A stretch of DNA of 64,000 bases from Amphiscolops sp. MND2022 (GCA_964187785.1 OZ076409.1:102796001-102860000); one strand, 5' to 3'; positions 1 to 12,682 are shown, counted from the stretch's first letter. The notes: generated from the letters alone by a model not told the origin. A program made the numbers and translations.

Positions 1-499
1 GTGTTTTTTCGTCCTTTTTCAACTCTTTTCCACAAGAGCTGTTTCAACCTATCAGTCTTTCGAAAAAGTTGGGAAGGCTTTCCGCGAAGTTGTGTATAGT
101 TCAGAGAAAAGATTCTCGCATTAGGGCATTATGGTGTTTTTTGGGTGTTCTAATTCTAGTAATGCTTTACCTTCTCGTTGCTTGTTTTTTTTTGGTGCTC
201 GTCAATCTCATATCCCAATCACTCCGAGATGAAATAGAAAAAAAACCGTTTCCGTTTTAATCGGTCCTCTCATATTCTCAGTTTGAATAGAACTTATACT
301 ATGTTTCTCTCGTGTTTCTGCACAGCAGGTATTATCTTCTATTAACATGCTGGTGTGCCCTATTCCAATGTTTGATCAATCATTTTTCAAAATATCTTCC
401 GCCTATCGACAGAACCTTAAAGCCCTTGACGAATTGGTAGTAACCTCTGGTCTGGTTTTCCTGGATTGCCAGCACTAATTGTCTCCCAGTTTTTTGACA

Positions 500-765
500 A
501 GTTCATCAGTCTCGATGGGCAACAAGACGCCCGCTAAACACCATGATATTTTCCGCCTTGTCACAAAAATCAGGCGGAGGCGAGGTTCGAACCTAATGCC
601 TACTGATTGCTAGGCGGATGCACTACCAACTGAGCTATCGTATCTCAGAGAGTCACATAAATAATATGGAGATTATGGAGATTTGGCGGAATTTGGAAAA
701 AAAACGCAACACAGATAATAATTTTCCTCCCCTACACACTAAATTGTGGGGGAAGGAAATAATAA
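500..765 (-). mobile_element. tRNA-derived dispersed repeat, copy A (Pol III A/B boxes plus conserved upstream hairpin segment)
   Basis: Minus strand 640-573 reads CGATAGCTCAGTTGGTAG...GGTTCGAACC (A box, B box). The body and the flank on both sides of the tRNA-like part are shared with copies at ~20.6 and ~21.5 kb. The cloverleaf is degenerate. Confidence 0.7.
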
Positions 766-1135
766 AGGCCAAGCTTGGGAATCCATCTTTTCTTTGTCTA
801 ATCGTTTGTGATTCTTTTACAAGTTGAATCACTAGTTCTTCCTTATTGGGATACAGGGTCTTTTTTTGCATTTTTCATTTAACTTTATCAATTACAGGCC
901 TACATTTTGCTTTTTACCTAAGTATCCACTGTGTATCAGTTTTTGGATACTTTCGGTCACGTTGTTTCGTAGGTGTAGCGGGTTTTGTCTTATTTTTTTG
1001 AGTCGTTTTTTTGAAGCACCTTCATTTTTCGTGAAAGTGTGAAAAAGTCATTGAATTTTGTGAAAGTTTTGGTCTCTTCTGATCGGCGAGGGTTGGCAAA
1101 TTGCGTTTGTCCGACTGTTAGTGTGACTTCTCCCA

Positions 1136-1513
1136 CCCTGGTTGGGACTGCTTGAACTTTTTTACATGTTTTTGTAGGTTACCAAGCAAATTCTCCATGA
1201 TATTATAAAATTCTCTAAGAAACGTCCATGCATTAAAACTTCACTGATTCGATTTAATTTTATCAAGCTGCCTATAAGATGCATGCTAAATTTGGCGGCA
1301 ATTCTGCGCCGCAAAGATTTAGAGGTTTCAATAAGACGCCGGTCTAATTTTGAAAGCAGCTGAGACTTTCATTAATTTTACCACGATTTTAATGCAAATA
1401 AACTTCAGTCTCATTATAAGTTTCAAAGTAGCGTTAAATTTAGCGTGCTATTTGACTAACAATGATTAAATAAAGTACTTACATATGGTACTTACTTGAG
1501 AAACCGACTAGGG
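1136..1513 (+). mobile_element. CCC...GGG-ended MITE, internally deleted copy (EnSpm/CMC-like)
   Basis: Starts CCCTGGTTGGGACTGCTTGAACTTTTTTACATG and ends CCGACTAGGG, flanked by CA/CA. Homologous to 8325-8873, 58198-58748 and 59377-59919. Confidence 0.75.
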
Positions 1514-2529
1514 CAGCCTCTTTGTTCCCATAAGTGCTTTTCAATAGTCTCCGTTAGTAGAAAGTCGAGTTTCCATCCATTCATGAAATTTTGCTTCGCT
1601 CTCGTTAAATGTTTCAAAACTGTTTTCGATTTTTGAAAATTCGTTTTTTTTTCAAACACCTATAGATATGGCGGCCTTATAGTAACTGGAGATCCTGTTT
1701 CTTACTTGATTTTAGTATCTACTTTTTTCGTCAATTTTGTTCGATTCTCCGATATGTTTGATTTGGATTGAGCTTTTGGAATCTTTTTTGTCGATTGTTT
1801 CTTTTTGTTTTTCAATCTGCAAGCCTGACGTAAGTGTAATTTTCACTCCTGGCGTTTATGACTTGCCGTTTATTTTTGAGGTTTGTGTCTTGGTCACCTG
1901 AGCAGTTGTCTTTCAGCTTCCTTCATAAGGTTGACCTATACCTTGTGTTTGTTAAAATCGATTGTAAACAATAACTAACAATGAGAATTGGGTTCTCTTT
2001 TTGTCTACTGCCGGAAACGTTTTGAACCATTGTTTGGGAATATATGTTTTCCCGGAAGGTTGTTTTGTTATTTTTTTAAAATTTGATAGTTTCGTGTGAT
2101 CGATTCTTTGTGTGGTTTAGGTTGTTTTTTTTCTATTATTACAGTCTTCTTTTTTTTTCAATTAAATTTAATCTTGCTCACTGTTTGGAATAAGTAGTCT
2201 AAGCGCGGTTAAGAATGAGAGCTCGGAATTTAGTGTGCATGTAATTTCCGAACGTTATCTCAAATTTTGATCTTTATGATATGTTCGATCTTAGCACTTC
2301 AAGTGTGTTGTTAACGAGAGAAAACAAAGTCTGATTCAAATAAAGGTTTCCAGTTTGTTCAAATATTTTTGGAACGCGGTTATCACTGAGTGACAACTAT
2401 AACTCTCACTGTGACAAAAATTCCGATACCTTTTTTCTGGACCCTACAGATTTCGTAACGATACTAAACTAATCGAAAATACCACAGAAGTACCTCGGGT
2501 AAGACAAACAATTTTTTAGTAATAAAGTT

Positions 2530-2637
2530 AACAAGCCGGGAACGGCATAAGTCGGCGCCATATGTAAGGCTCAAAAATAGCAAAAGGACATCAAAGTGTC
2601 GAGTATTATATTCTACAGTACATGAAAAACCCAAAAA
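2530..2637 (+). mobile_element. Terminus of a DINE-1/HINE-like non-autonomous Helentron-type element
   Basis: AACAAGCCGGGAACGGCATAAGTCGGCGCC is the reverse complement of the ends at ~5756 and ~61917. The similarity to the AACAAG...AGTCG end of Drosophila DINE-1 is recalled, not aligned. Confidence 0.5.
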
Positions 2638-3170
2638 GTTGGACCGAATTGTCGCTTGGGACGAATTGTCGCTTGGGACGAATTGTCGCTTTTTGAAATT
2701 TGGGACGAATTGTCGCTTGGGATGAATTGTCGCTTTTTGAAATTTGGGACGAATTGTCGCTTGGGACGAATTGTCGTTTGGGACGAATTGTCGCTTGGGA
2801 CGAATTGTCGTTTGGGACGAATTGTCGTTTGGGACGAATTGTCGTTTGGGACGAATTGTCGCTTGGGACGAATTGTCGTTTGGGACGAATTGTCGTTTGG
2901 GACGAATTGTCGTTTGGGACGAATTGTTGTTTGGGACGAATTGTCGTTTGGTACGAATTGTCGCTTGGGACGAATTGTCGCTTGGGACGAATTGTCGTTT
3001 GGAACGAATTGTAGTTTGGGACGAATTGTCGCTTGGGACGAATTGTCGTTTGGGACGAATTGTCGTTTGGGACGAATTGTCGTTTGGGACGAATTGTCGC
3101 TTGGGACGAATTGTCGCTTGGGACGAATTGTCGCTTGGGAAGAATTGTCGCTTGGGACGAATTGTCGCCC
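2638..3170. repeat. 17-bp minisatellite (TTGGGACGAATTGTCGY), about 30 copies
   Basis: Directly visible tandem units with C/T variation at the last base, two TTTTGAAAT interruptions and no unique spacers. Confidence 0.97.
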
Positions 3171-3778
3171 AACCGAAAGTGATATCTCCGGATAAGTTAT
3201 CCCAAACAATGGCGAACCCAATAACGATACAGATTAAATTGACATCGTGACCAATTTTTCTCCAAAGAAAAAATCAATGGCTATAAGTTGTAAACGAGTG
3301 CGCGATATCAAAAATATTAAATCAATCTTTTTTATAATCTTTTATAATCCTTTATAACATTTTTATAATCCATTGAAGTACATCTCAACGGTATAATCGA
3401 TCACGGTGAGGTCGATTTTCGATTTTCATTATTTCAGAATTTGTAGAAATCGACAAAAAATTGAATGCGTTGGATTCGAAGTTTGTACGCTATGCGTGGA
3501 ATATGTATTGCAATAAGTTTTAGGTGAAGAAAGGTAAAAATTGGGAGTTTATGATATTCAGATTCCGGATCTTTCGCCTGGAGTTAGCCTTGAGAGTAAA
3601 CGGCGCAAAAACGGTTTTCAAAACTTAATATGAATTTTCTTTTTTTTGGTTGACTTCAAGTTACTGGTAACATTTATAATCAAATAAGGTTATGCAACGT
3701 CACCAAAAACGTTTATGCAAAAATGGAGGGTGCGTGTAAAAATTTTGTGGAATGAATAAATTATACAATAACTGCCAG

Positions 3779-4215
3779 TATTTCAATACGGGGACGATTC
3801 AAATCGTAGAGTATTCAAAGCGTCGAAAGCAGTTTACACGCAGTAAATACTGCGCTTCAGAGTCACGGGACCAAACTTTTATTCAATGAGCCAATCAAAA
3901 TCAGTAAAATGATTACATCACAAGCGACGAACTAATTACGTTAATGTAATCATGTATGCTCACATACCCCTAGTGTCCTAAATGCAGGAGCGAAGCGAAG
4001 CGGAGTGACGTGCCATACGGCCATACGTGCCTCAATGTTGCTACTTGGCGAAGGGAGCGAAGCGACCGAGCCTTACGACAAATATGCCAACCTCTTTAAA
4101 TAATATCCTGAAATAAATCGCTGCTATTGAATTCTTTCGACGCTTTGAATAACCTTAATTTTTTCGACGGTTTGAATAGTCTACGATTTGAATTGTCACA
4201 TTTCAATACTTACGG
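3779..4215. repeat. Inverted repeat pair flanking a GAGCGAAGCGA-motif core; probable non-autonomous DNA element
   Basis: GATTCAAATCGTAGAGTATTCAAAGCGTCGAAAG (~3797-3830) recurs inverted and partly duplicated at ~4130-4200. Confidence 0.5.
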
Positions 4216-4614
4216 TTGATAAATATTGGAATATATGCGTTTTGAAGTGTAGCATGTAGGAATACTCGTAATACTCGATGATTAACTGGATCTTGCTTCA
4301 ATTTTAATACAATACGCGTGATGGTGCTGCAAGGGTCAACGTAGGCTGATGATACTGTTCAATTCATCTCCCGAGTGAACCAAAAACGGAACGCACAAAA
4401 ATTTCACTGTTCAAAATTGTTATATTTGTAAACAAGGCGCTGATAAGTTTTCACTTTTTCAGTCAAGCTTTCAAAATGAAGCTCTCATTACGTAAACACA
4501 CCTTCAACTAAGCACGTTTTAAACCTTCCAAGAAAATCTCGAGGTCTTCGCCAGTGACTTAGTTTTAACTTCTGATGTTTGAAAGTTCTTTGACACTCGA
4601 ATTTGTGAAAGCAA

Positions 4615-4855
4615 CGTTGTCAAACTGAATAATTGGCAAGCTGAATTTCAGCGTTCGAACTATTTTGAAAAGTTTGTTTACAAGTATTTGACATTTTTGC
4701 AGCTCAAGAATTTTTATGCGTTCCGTGTTTGGTACACCTACTAAGTGAATCAAAAAACGGAACGCATAAAAACTTTTGACCACTCAAAAAATCAAATATT
4801 TGTCAATAAATTTACAAAATATGTTTCAACGCTGAACAACTTGACAATTTTGATA
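4615..4855. repeat. Long imperfect foldback (about 110-bp arms)
   Basis: ATTTTTATGCGTTCCGTGTTT (~4710-4730) pairs with AAAAACGGAACGCATAAAAAC (~4753-4773); weaker complementarity extends outward. Confidence 0.55.
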
Positions 4856-5071
4856 ACTTTTCTCAGAAGCGAGAGAACCTTCACACAACAAAAGTGCGAA
4901 CGAATTACCTGGCAAAGATGTCTAGATGTTTTCAGAAGGTTTGAACCATCCTATGTTGAGAAACTGATTACGTAATGATAGCTCCAGATTAATGACAGAA
5001 TTTTAAAAAAATTTCTGTGCCTTGTTTACAAATAATACATTTTCGAAAAGCGTAATTTATATGCGCTCCGT

Positions 5072-5756
5072 TTTTTAGTCGGCGCTTCATGAAGTGAAAC
5101 GCGACTATTATAGTGACTTTTCTTTTTTTTTTTTCAATCCACACGAACTGACCAAAATAGTTCTTAAAAGTTCTACAAAATATTATTGGTCCAAAATGCA
5201 CTATTTGGTCTAGCGAACTGAACCAAAAAGGTTTTTCCTGTTTTTCCGCGTAACAAACCATACCGGGCGAGACCAAAGACTCCCCCCTTTCATTTTTTTC
5301 GGCACTGCGAGACTTTTTTTCCGAAAAAAAATTTTTTCCCCAAAGGGTCCCCCTGCATTTTTTTGATGTTTTGCGACAGAATGGATGTTGAAAAATCCCA
5401 AAGGGTCCCCCCTTTCAGTTTTATTCGGCATTGTGAGATTTTTTCCCGAAAATGAAAATTTTTGTTTTCTTCAATTTTTTCATGTTTTGCGACAGAATGG
5501 ATGTTGAAAAACCTCAAAGGGTCCTCCCTTTCAGTTTTTCGGCATTGTGAGACTTTAGCGCGCCAGGGGCTCGCGCTAGCGAGCCCCGGCGCGCCACTCG
5601 GTCCATTTTTTTTGAGTATGTAATTTTTTCGAAAAATTTTTTTTCAAAAAATTTCGATTTTCGAGTACTGTAAAAGAGTACTTGACACTTGGAAGTCGTT
5701 TTGCTATTTTTGAGCCTTGGATATGGCGCCGACTTGGGCCGGTCCCGGCTTGTTTT
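5072..5756 (-). mobile_element. DINE-1/HINE-like element with internal ~120-bp AAGGGTCCCCCCTTTC tandem units
   Basis: Subterminal inverted AGTCGGCGC / GCGCCGACT, terminal CCCGGCTTGTT and repeated CAAAGGGTCCCCC units. Paralog at 61282-61917. Confidence 0.6.
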
Positions 5757-8324
5757 GTTTCACCTAGTATCATGTATTAGCTGTCCTTAAGTAGACCAAT
5801 GAAGTGAGAAATATTGTTTTTATTGTTGACCGGCAAAGAATGCAATTTAAAAGGGAAGAATATTCAGAGCACTATTACACCCCGAACGAAAATTTCCATT
5901 AGAGATATCAATACTATTTTATTGCATTCATGTACTGAATTGAAAATGTTCTCTTATCAATTCATTGCATCGATTAAATTGTGAGATGTATAAGTTCGTG
6001 CGGAAGATTAAATAACAATGCAGGACAAAGAGATAGAGAGTTCCAATTTGTGCATTGAATTTTTCATATAAAAAACTGCTCCACTATTTTTGAACCTAAT
6101 TTACTTTTCTAAGCTCTTCGTGCATCGGTCTCCAATACTAAATTTGGCAAAAAAAATCGGTCCATGCCGAGTTGTTTTTTTTTTCGAATACAGAAAAAAT
6201 CTATTGTTTTGTGCATAAGAAACTGAGACTGACAAAAGTTTGCGACAAACACTGCTTTTGTCTTCGAATATTGTACTTGAATAAAACTTCTTCAACTTGA
6301 TCGCAAATTTCCCTCAATTTCTCAGTTGAAACGCAGTATTCGGGCCTGCTTCAACGTCTAACGCCTTTTGTGATCATATGTTTCGCTGCATGTTCTTGTA
6401 AGCATTCTGCTACAATCTCTACCCTAGTTGAGCCTGCTGGAACGCTTTACATGCTGCAGGCCTGCATACACAGTTACGGTCTATAAAATTTAAGAAAATT
6501 CAGTAAGCATCCGGAGGTATATCTTGCAGTCTTAGACTGCATTTTTCATAGTACACTGTTATGTTTAGTAAGGAAAAACTCAAAATCATAAACATAAAAA
6601 CAACTGTCCCAGAAGGGTACGTTTTGCGCCTTTGTGCAGTTCGGAACAGTCCTGCAAAAGTATAGAAAATACTTGATTCACACATTTTTCACCTCAGATA
6701 ACTCCGATAATATTTTTTACAATGTCAAACACCTCAAACGTTCTTTATCTGCTGCAGAACCTTGTATGCAGGACGATATTAACGTTTGGATGCTTCTCTG
6801 AACATTGCAACCGGTCCTGGATAATAATCGTGCAAATGGACGACCGTCCAGTTAGACGACTGTGAAATTGAGAGCTATTGCATGCATACCATTTTCAATT
6901 CCGCTCACAACTTGTAACGATTACGTAATCGGAGTATGACAGCGGAGCTGATTCAACCAATGATATTTTAGAAACAGCTGATAGTTTCCCAATTGATCAA
7001 TCGGTTAGTTGAGCGGTCGTCCAATTGAGCTAGACCCGTCCTGGATGTTCATAATGCTTGACAGATAACAAATTTCAAGTCATCGCTCATAAATTATCTC
7101 CTGTCCTTGAGGATAGCGTCTCTTCAATCCTAGATTAAATAACTGATAATCCACGGGGCTGGAGATTGAGAGATTTGCGCTGTTTCGCAATGTTTTTACA
7201 ATCTGTCAATTTTTTGCGAAAGCTTGAATTTCCTGTAGTTTTCCCCGAACTTGAACTTTGACACTGGACATGTTTGATGTTCTGGACTCGTCTGAACTCC
7301 TTGTTTGAATTTCAGTCCTCAACTCATGTAACTGACTTCACTGAGCGAAACTTAATTGTTTGTTTCCTCTATTACTTTTTGTCTATTACATTCGTTACTT
7401 TTGGTTGGTGCTTTATGAATCAAAACGTCACTGTTATATTGGCTTTTGTCGGTTCTCTTTTTCATCTTTTCAGAAGGCTCAAAATGGCCACGACTCTCAA
7501 GAAGAGTTCTAAACTATGACGAAGATCAAAAGAAGGTCAAAATGATTCGAGTGAGATTCCCTGTCTTTGTTGATTTTTTATTTGAAGTGCAAAACTATAT
7601 TTAGGTGTTTCTTAAAACTCTGCAAAGGTTAACATTTTTTACTTTCGCGGAAATATTCTCGCTTTGGCTTTTTGATAGTGTTTACTAAAACTTCCGGCGG
7701 AGGTTAATCTTGTAGTATTACCTTGTAGTTTCCACTAATTCAATTGAAATCTAAAATTTCCCCATTTGGTTACAGGCATGATCACGTTGTCTTCACTGTT
7801 TGGCGTCTCAACTACTCATTTGATAAAACTACAACTTCTCAAAATGCACGCTGAAGATGACGCTATTTATTTTGTAATTTATTTAATGGTTGAGGTAACT
7901 TGAGGTAAAAATGGTGACACCTTAGCTGCACTTGAAGATACAGTAGTGATATTAAAAGCAACCTAGCGAATCTAATAAGCAATACTCAAACTAGAATATC
8001 TCAAGTCGTCGAAAAACCCTCGCGTTTTGCTTGGTTCATAGAGAAATTCCTGTTCTATGAACGGTTAGTTCAAATGCTGTGACAATTTTAGTTACCATAG
8101 CTTTCAAAAGCGACATCAGTTTTTTTATACTTCTTCCTATTTTTGCCAAATTTCCAAAAAGTCATCATTATTTTCCTGAAACGTTTTTTGTATTATTAGA
8201 AACAAACAAAACTTTTGGAACTTTGAAAGATTGGAAAAAGAAGGGTAGAAAGTGCTGAATAACAAAAATGCAAAAAATTAAAAATTCCATTCCGCAATTC
8301 TACAGAAATTAAAAAAGGCTACTT

Positions 8325-8873
8325 CCCTAGTCAAAGTTGCCGCGACGTTTTACAGGCACCTTCAAAAAATGCCGGCTAGTTTTTTATAAAACATGGAAAA
8401 TTCAGGGACCATGCTTGGAAACATTTTGTAGGATTACTATGCAGCTTACACTATTTGAGTTGAAACTAATAAAAACATTTCCACTTCACCACCGCGATCA
8501 CTTTAGGTTTCACGCGTAAGTTTCTCAACGAACTACCTTATTAAACAACATTAGTCAAATTGCACGCTGATTATGACGCTACTTTGAAACTTATAAAGTG
8601 ACTGAAAATTATTTGCATTGAAACCGCGGTAAAATTGATGAAGGTCTCAGCTGCTTTCAAAATTAGAACGGCGTCTTGATGAAATTTGCAAAACTTCGTG
8701 GCTCGGAATTGCCGCCAAATTTAGGATGCATCTTCTAGCCAGCTTGATAAAATTAAATTGCATCAGTGAAGTTTTAATGCATTAACGTTTCCTTGAGAAT
8801 TTTATAAAATCATGAAAAATTAGCTTGGTAGCCTACAAAAACTTGTAAAAAATTCAATCAGTTCCAAGCAGGG
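8325..8873 (-). mobile_element. CCC...GGG-ended MITE (EnSpm/CMC-like), inverted copy
   Basis: CCCTAGTC...AAGCAGGG with TT/TT flanks; reverse-complement homolog of 58198-58748. Confidence 0.75.
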
Positions 8874-9735
8874 TTTCCTCTACAGAAATTCTGCGTCTTA
8901 TATCTTATATTTGATAGTCAGTAGTGGTCTGAAAACTAAAATAAGTTCGAAGAAACGTCCTATTTATGTGTAAACCGGCAAAAAACGTTGGCTTGGTGCG
9001 TTAAAAAATGAATGGTTTTTTGTGGAAAAAGGTACTTTTTTCTGACAAATAAATGATAGAATTGCAACCGACGAGAAGAACGTTTGTACGACGCGCAAGA
9101 AATAAGCACTTCAATCAAAACTACGACCTGAAACATCTCCTAAATCCACGCAAAAACAAAACGAATGTTTTGGGGTGAATTCGACCGAATTGTGAAAACG
9201 TGATTGTTTAAAAAAACAAAGTTGATACCAACTGTTATATTCAAGTTGCGAAAGATTAGGTCCGGAGAGTTTTGGAGTTGTATGAAATGTTTCCTTAAGT
9301 CAATGCTCCAGTGCACAGTGCCGCGAAAAACGATTTCGTTTCAGTAAAATGCCATTGTCATTGTGAAAAATTGGCCTCCGCAGTCACCAGACCTGGTTGT
9401 TTTTAAAATTTTTGGTGGATTCTGAAGAACACAGTCTCTCGGAGAAATCCCCGAAACTTCAATTTTTGTCCTTTTCTCAAGCAGAATTCGACGAAATTCC
9501 GAAAGAGTATGTGCAAAAACGTTTTGAGTCGATTCCAAGCCGAATGTTTCTCGTATTACAAACAATGGATTTGCAACGAAATATTGAAATGCATGTTTTT
9601 TCTATTTCGTATCTCGTTCTGTTTTGAGTTTTTTGAGTTTTAACATTTTGAATTTATCTCTCATCATGTTTCTTTTCATAATATCACTGCTGTAGGCCTG
9701 CTTTCAATCAAACATGCAAAACTGCAAGGCTTCTA

Positions 9736-10440
9736 CAGTAGCGTTCTAAAATATCGCAGCCTCATTTTTTAAAATGGCAAAATTCAAAACCAAATATCTC
9801 ATAAACTGTCACGAATACAAAAGTTTGCCAGCTAGGAAAGTTTATTAGAATTTTATCTAGTTTACAAAAATGTTTGTTTGAACTTTCTACGACCGTTACC
9901 ATAAAAGTTAGAAATTGAATTTTTAGTAAATTTTAATTGAACTTTGAGTTTTTTCGAAAATTTAGTAACTTAGAATATTTTTTTGGATTTTTTTTCATTG
10001 GGAAACTTCCTATAATCTCCCGAACCTACTGAATTGTTTTGATCGAGAATTTTTTTCGAATAAGAAAAAATACACTATATTTTGTGTCTATGAGCACTGA
10101 AGTACATGTATCAAGATAGGCTATAAGAATTGTATTTAGAAAATTCGCGATTATATTTGAAAAGTTTTCCGATCAAATTATATCAGCATCCTCAGGAGAT
10201 TTGGGGGCAAATGATTGACTGAAAATTTTTCAAAAATATATTTTCAACTTTGTGAAAATCCAGAAAAAGTACAAATTTGATTGAATTGTGTAATTTTTTG
10301 TTACATTTTTGTAAACTAGATAAATTTCTAAGAAACTTTCCTAGCTGACACTTTTTCGTATTTGTGACAGTTTTCAAGAAATTTGGATTTGAAATTTGCA
10401 ATTTTAAGCATTGGAGTTGCGATATTTTAGAACGGTACTG
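9736..10440. mobile_element. Tc1/mariner-type MITE with ~140-bp terminal inverted repeats (TIRs)
   Basis: TA|CAGTAGCGTTCTAAAATATCGCA ... TGCGATATTTTAGAACGGTACTG|TA; the inverted similarity continues to TAGTTTACAAAAATG / CATTTTTGTAAACTAG. Confidence 0.85.
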
Positions 10441-11238
10441 TAATGACTGCCACGTTTAACCTGCTCATTTCAAGCAGCATGAAAAAAGTCGAATACAGCA
10501 GGAAAATATTAGCGCATGGAAATTTCCGTAAGAGTTTTCAAACCATAATAAGACGACTTGTGATGCTTCGAAAGGATGTAAAAAGTTCAAGCAGCTTCAA
10601 TAAGGGCGGGCAATTATCTGATTGGGAAAAAGCCCGGGGATCAAAGCCTCTTTCGTACGCTTAGATTTACATTTAACGCTTAATCGAAAACACAAAGGGT
10701 TGAAACTGCAAGGAAAAGCGAATCAGTCAAAAAATGACAAAATTGAAGAGTACCTTTGAATCCAACTCGCATCGTTTCGTTTTCTTTACCCGAATATAGA
10801 CGAATAATCCCGAAATTTCAGTAAAAATAAAGTAACTGGTTGTAAAGGAAAATTTTGTGGGTGGAATTGAAGTTGTAACTACAATGTGGTTTTACAATGT
10901 CTCGAAAAATTCTCTTCCCCACCGGCGGTGTGAGTGAGAGCAAATGGCGATGACGAAGATTGATAAAGATGTTTTCAAACAAGCAGGCAGGTATTCATTC
11001 AAGTGGCCAACGTTGGCTAGTTAATGTACTCTGAGAATGAAATGACGTCATTTTCACGTCTCAGTCACATTATATTTGCCTTTTTCGAGACATGCTACCA
11101 TCGCTGAACAGCAGCTACCAATCAAAGCTTATCACCCGTTGCTAATATTTCATGCCAAGTTGTTTCTCGGCGGATGAAAAACGGATAAAAACTGCCGTGA
11201 CTGAAAATGCAGAAGAAACAAAAGGAATAAGAAACATC

Positions 11239-11668
11239 GGACCATGTCAACTATCCCCCCCCAGGTACACCTTGTTGGGAATATCCCCCAACACAAAAAC
11301 ACATTTTGTTCTTGGATAAAAATATTTACTGATAAGAGAATATTATATGGATGTATATACTTAGAGGATTGTTTCTACAACTGTTTGGACACTTCAGGCA
11401 AAAAATGCCATATTTTTTCAGGCTAAAATCGTATAAATTGGCCCCTATTTCAGCGCAAATTTTGTCCGCTATAAAATCTAATGAGCAACTTGTAACTGAC
11501 AATTGTGTCGCATTCATTATTAATCGCAATTGTGTCGACATCAATTATTTTATTGGACTAAAATTCCAACGCAAACGATGTCGACATAATGGTATTTGAA
11601 CCTTCTCTCTTATTTCCCCCCCCCGCCGCAGTTGGGGGGGGATAGATCAGGGATAGATGGCATGGTCC
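11239..11668. mobile_element. Merlin-like (GG..CC, 8-bp TSD) MITE
   Basis: GAAACATC|GGACCATGTCAACTATCCC ... GGGATAGATGGCATGGTCC|GAAACATC. Confidence 0.85.
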
Positions 11669-12250
11669 GAAACATCTATTTGAACCGAACAGGGGCTATA
11701 ATGTCATCGAGACACCAACAGATTATAATCATAACAGACAGTGTTAGTAAACAACCCAAACCTTCTCTGGTGTTATTAATGTTGTTGTTTTTGTTGTTGT
11801 AATGAGTTAAGGGCGTGGTTAGTAATAAGTAATAAGCAATAAAGTAACTGGTTGTAAAGGAAAATTTTGTGGGTGGAATTGAAGTTGTAACTACAATGTG
11901 GTTTTACAATGTCTCGAAAAATTCTCTTCCCCACCGGCGGTGTGAGTGAGAGCAAATGGCGATGACGAAGATTGATAAAGATGTTTTCAAACAAGCAGGC
12001 AGGTATTCATTCAAGTGGCCAACGTTGGCTAGTTAATGTACTCTGAGAATGAAATGACGTCATTTTCACGTCTCAGTCACATTATATTTGCCTTTTTCGA
12101 GACATGCTACCATCGCTGAACAGCAGCTACCAATCAAAGCTTATCACCCGTTGCTAATATTTCATGCCAAGTTGTTTCTCGGCGGATGAAAAACGGATAA
12201 AAACTGCCGTGACTGAAAATGCAGAAGAAACAAAAGGAATAAGAAACATC

Positions 12251-12682
12251 GGACCATGTCAACTATCCCCCCCCAGGTACACCTTGTTGGGAATATCCCC
12301 CAACACAAAAACACATTTTGTTCTTGGATAAAAATATTTACTGATAAGAGAATATTATATGGATGTATATACTTAGAGGATTGTTTCTACAACTGTTTGG
12401 ACACTTCAGGCAAAAAATGCCATATTTTTTCAGGCTAAAATCGTATAAATTGGCCCCTATTTCAGCGCAAATTTTGTCCGCTATAAAATCTAATGAGCAA
12501 CTTGTAACTGACAATTGTGTCGCATTCATTATTAATCGCAATTGTGTCGACATCAATTATTTTATTGGACTAAAATTCCAACGCAAACGATGTCGACATA
12601 ATGGTATTTGAACCTTCTCTCTTATTTCCCCCCCCCCGCCGCAGTTGGGGGGGGGATAGATCAGGGATAGATGGCATGGTCC
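12251..12682. mobile_element. Merlin-like MITE, second copy created by the tandem duplication
   Basis: Same TIRs and same GAAACATC TSD as 11239-11668. Confidence 0.85.

Noticed and set aside
573-640. Functional tRNA genes here and at ~20.65, ~21.5 and ~60.45 kb
   Set aside because: The anticodon and acceptor stems are broken and the units sit in dispersed repeats.
2638-3170. CRISPR array
   Set aside because: The units are contiguous 17-mers with no unique spacers, there are no cas genes, and the context is eukaryotic.
2606-3250. Five long ORFs (104-202 aa)
   Set aside because: They are artefacts of translating a stop-free minisatellite in several frames.
7474-7895. Two possible plus-strand exons
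   Set aside because: Splice-like signals are present, but the phases do not join without a stop and no protein motif was recognised.
11244-11599. Duplicated small ORFs suggesting a gene pair
   Set aside because: They lie inside a non-coding MITE copied by the tandem duplication.
11238-11669. 6-bp TSD (AAACAT / CAATTA) novel TIR class
   Set aside because: Shifting each boundary by one base gives perfect 8-bp TSDs with GG..CC ends in both insertions.
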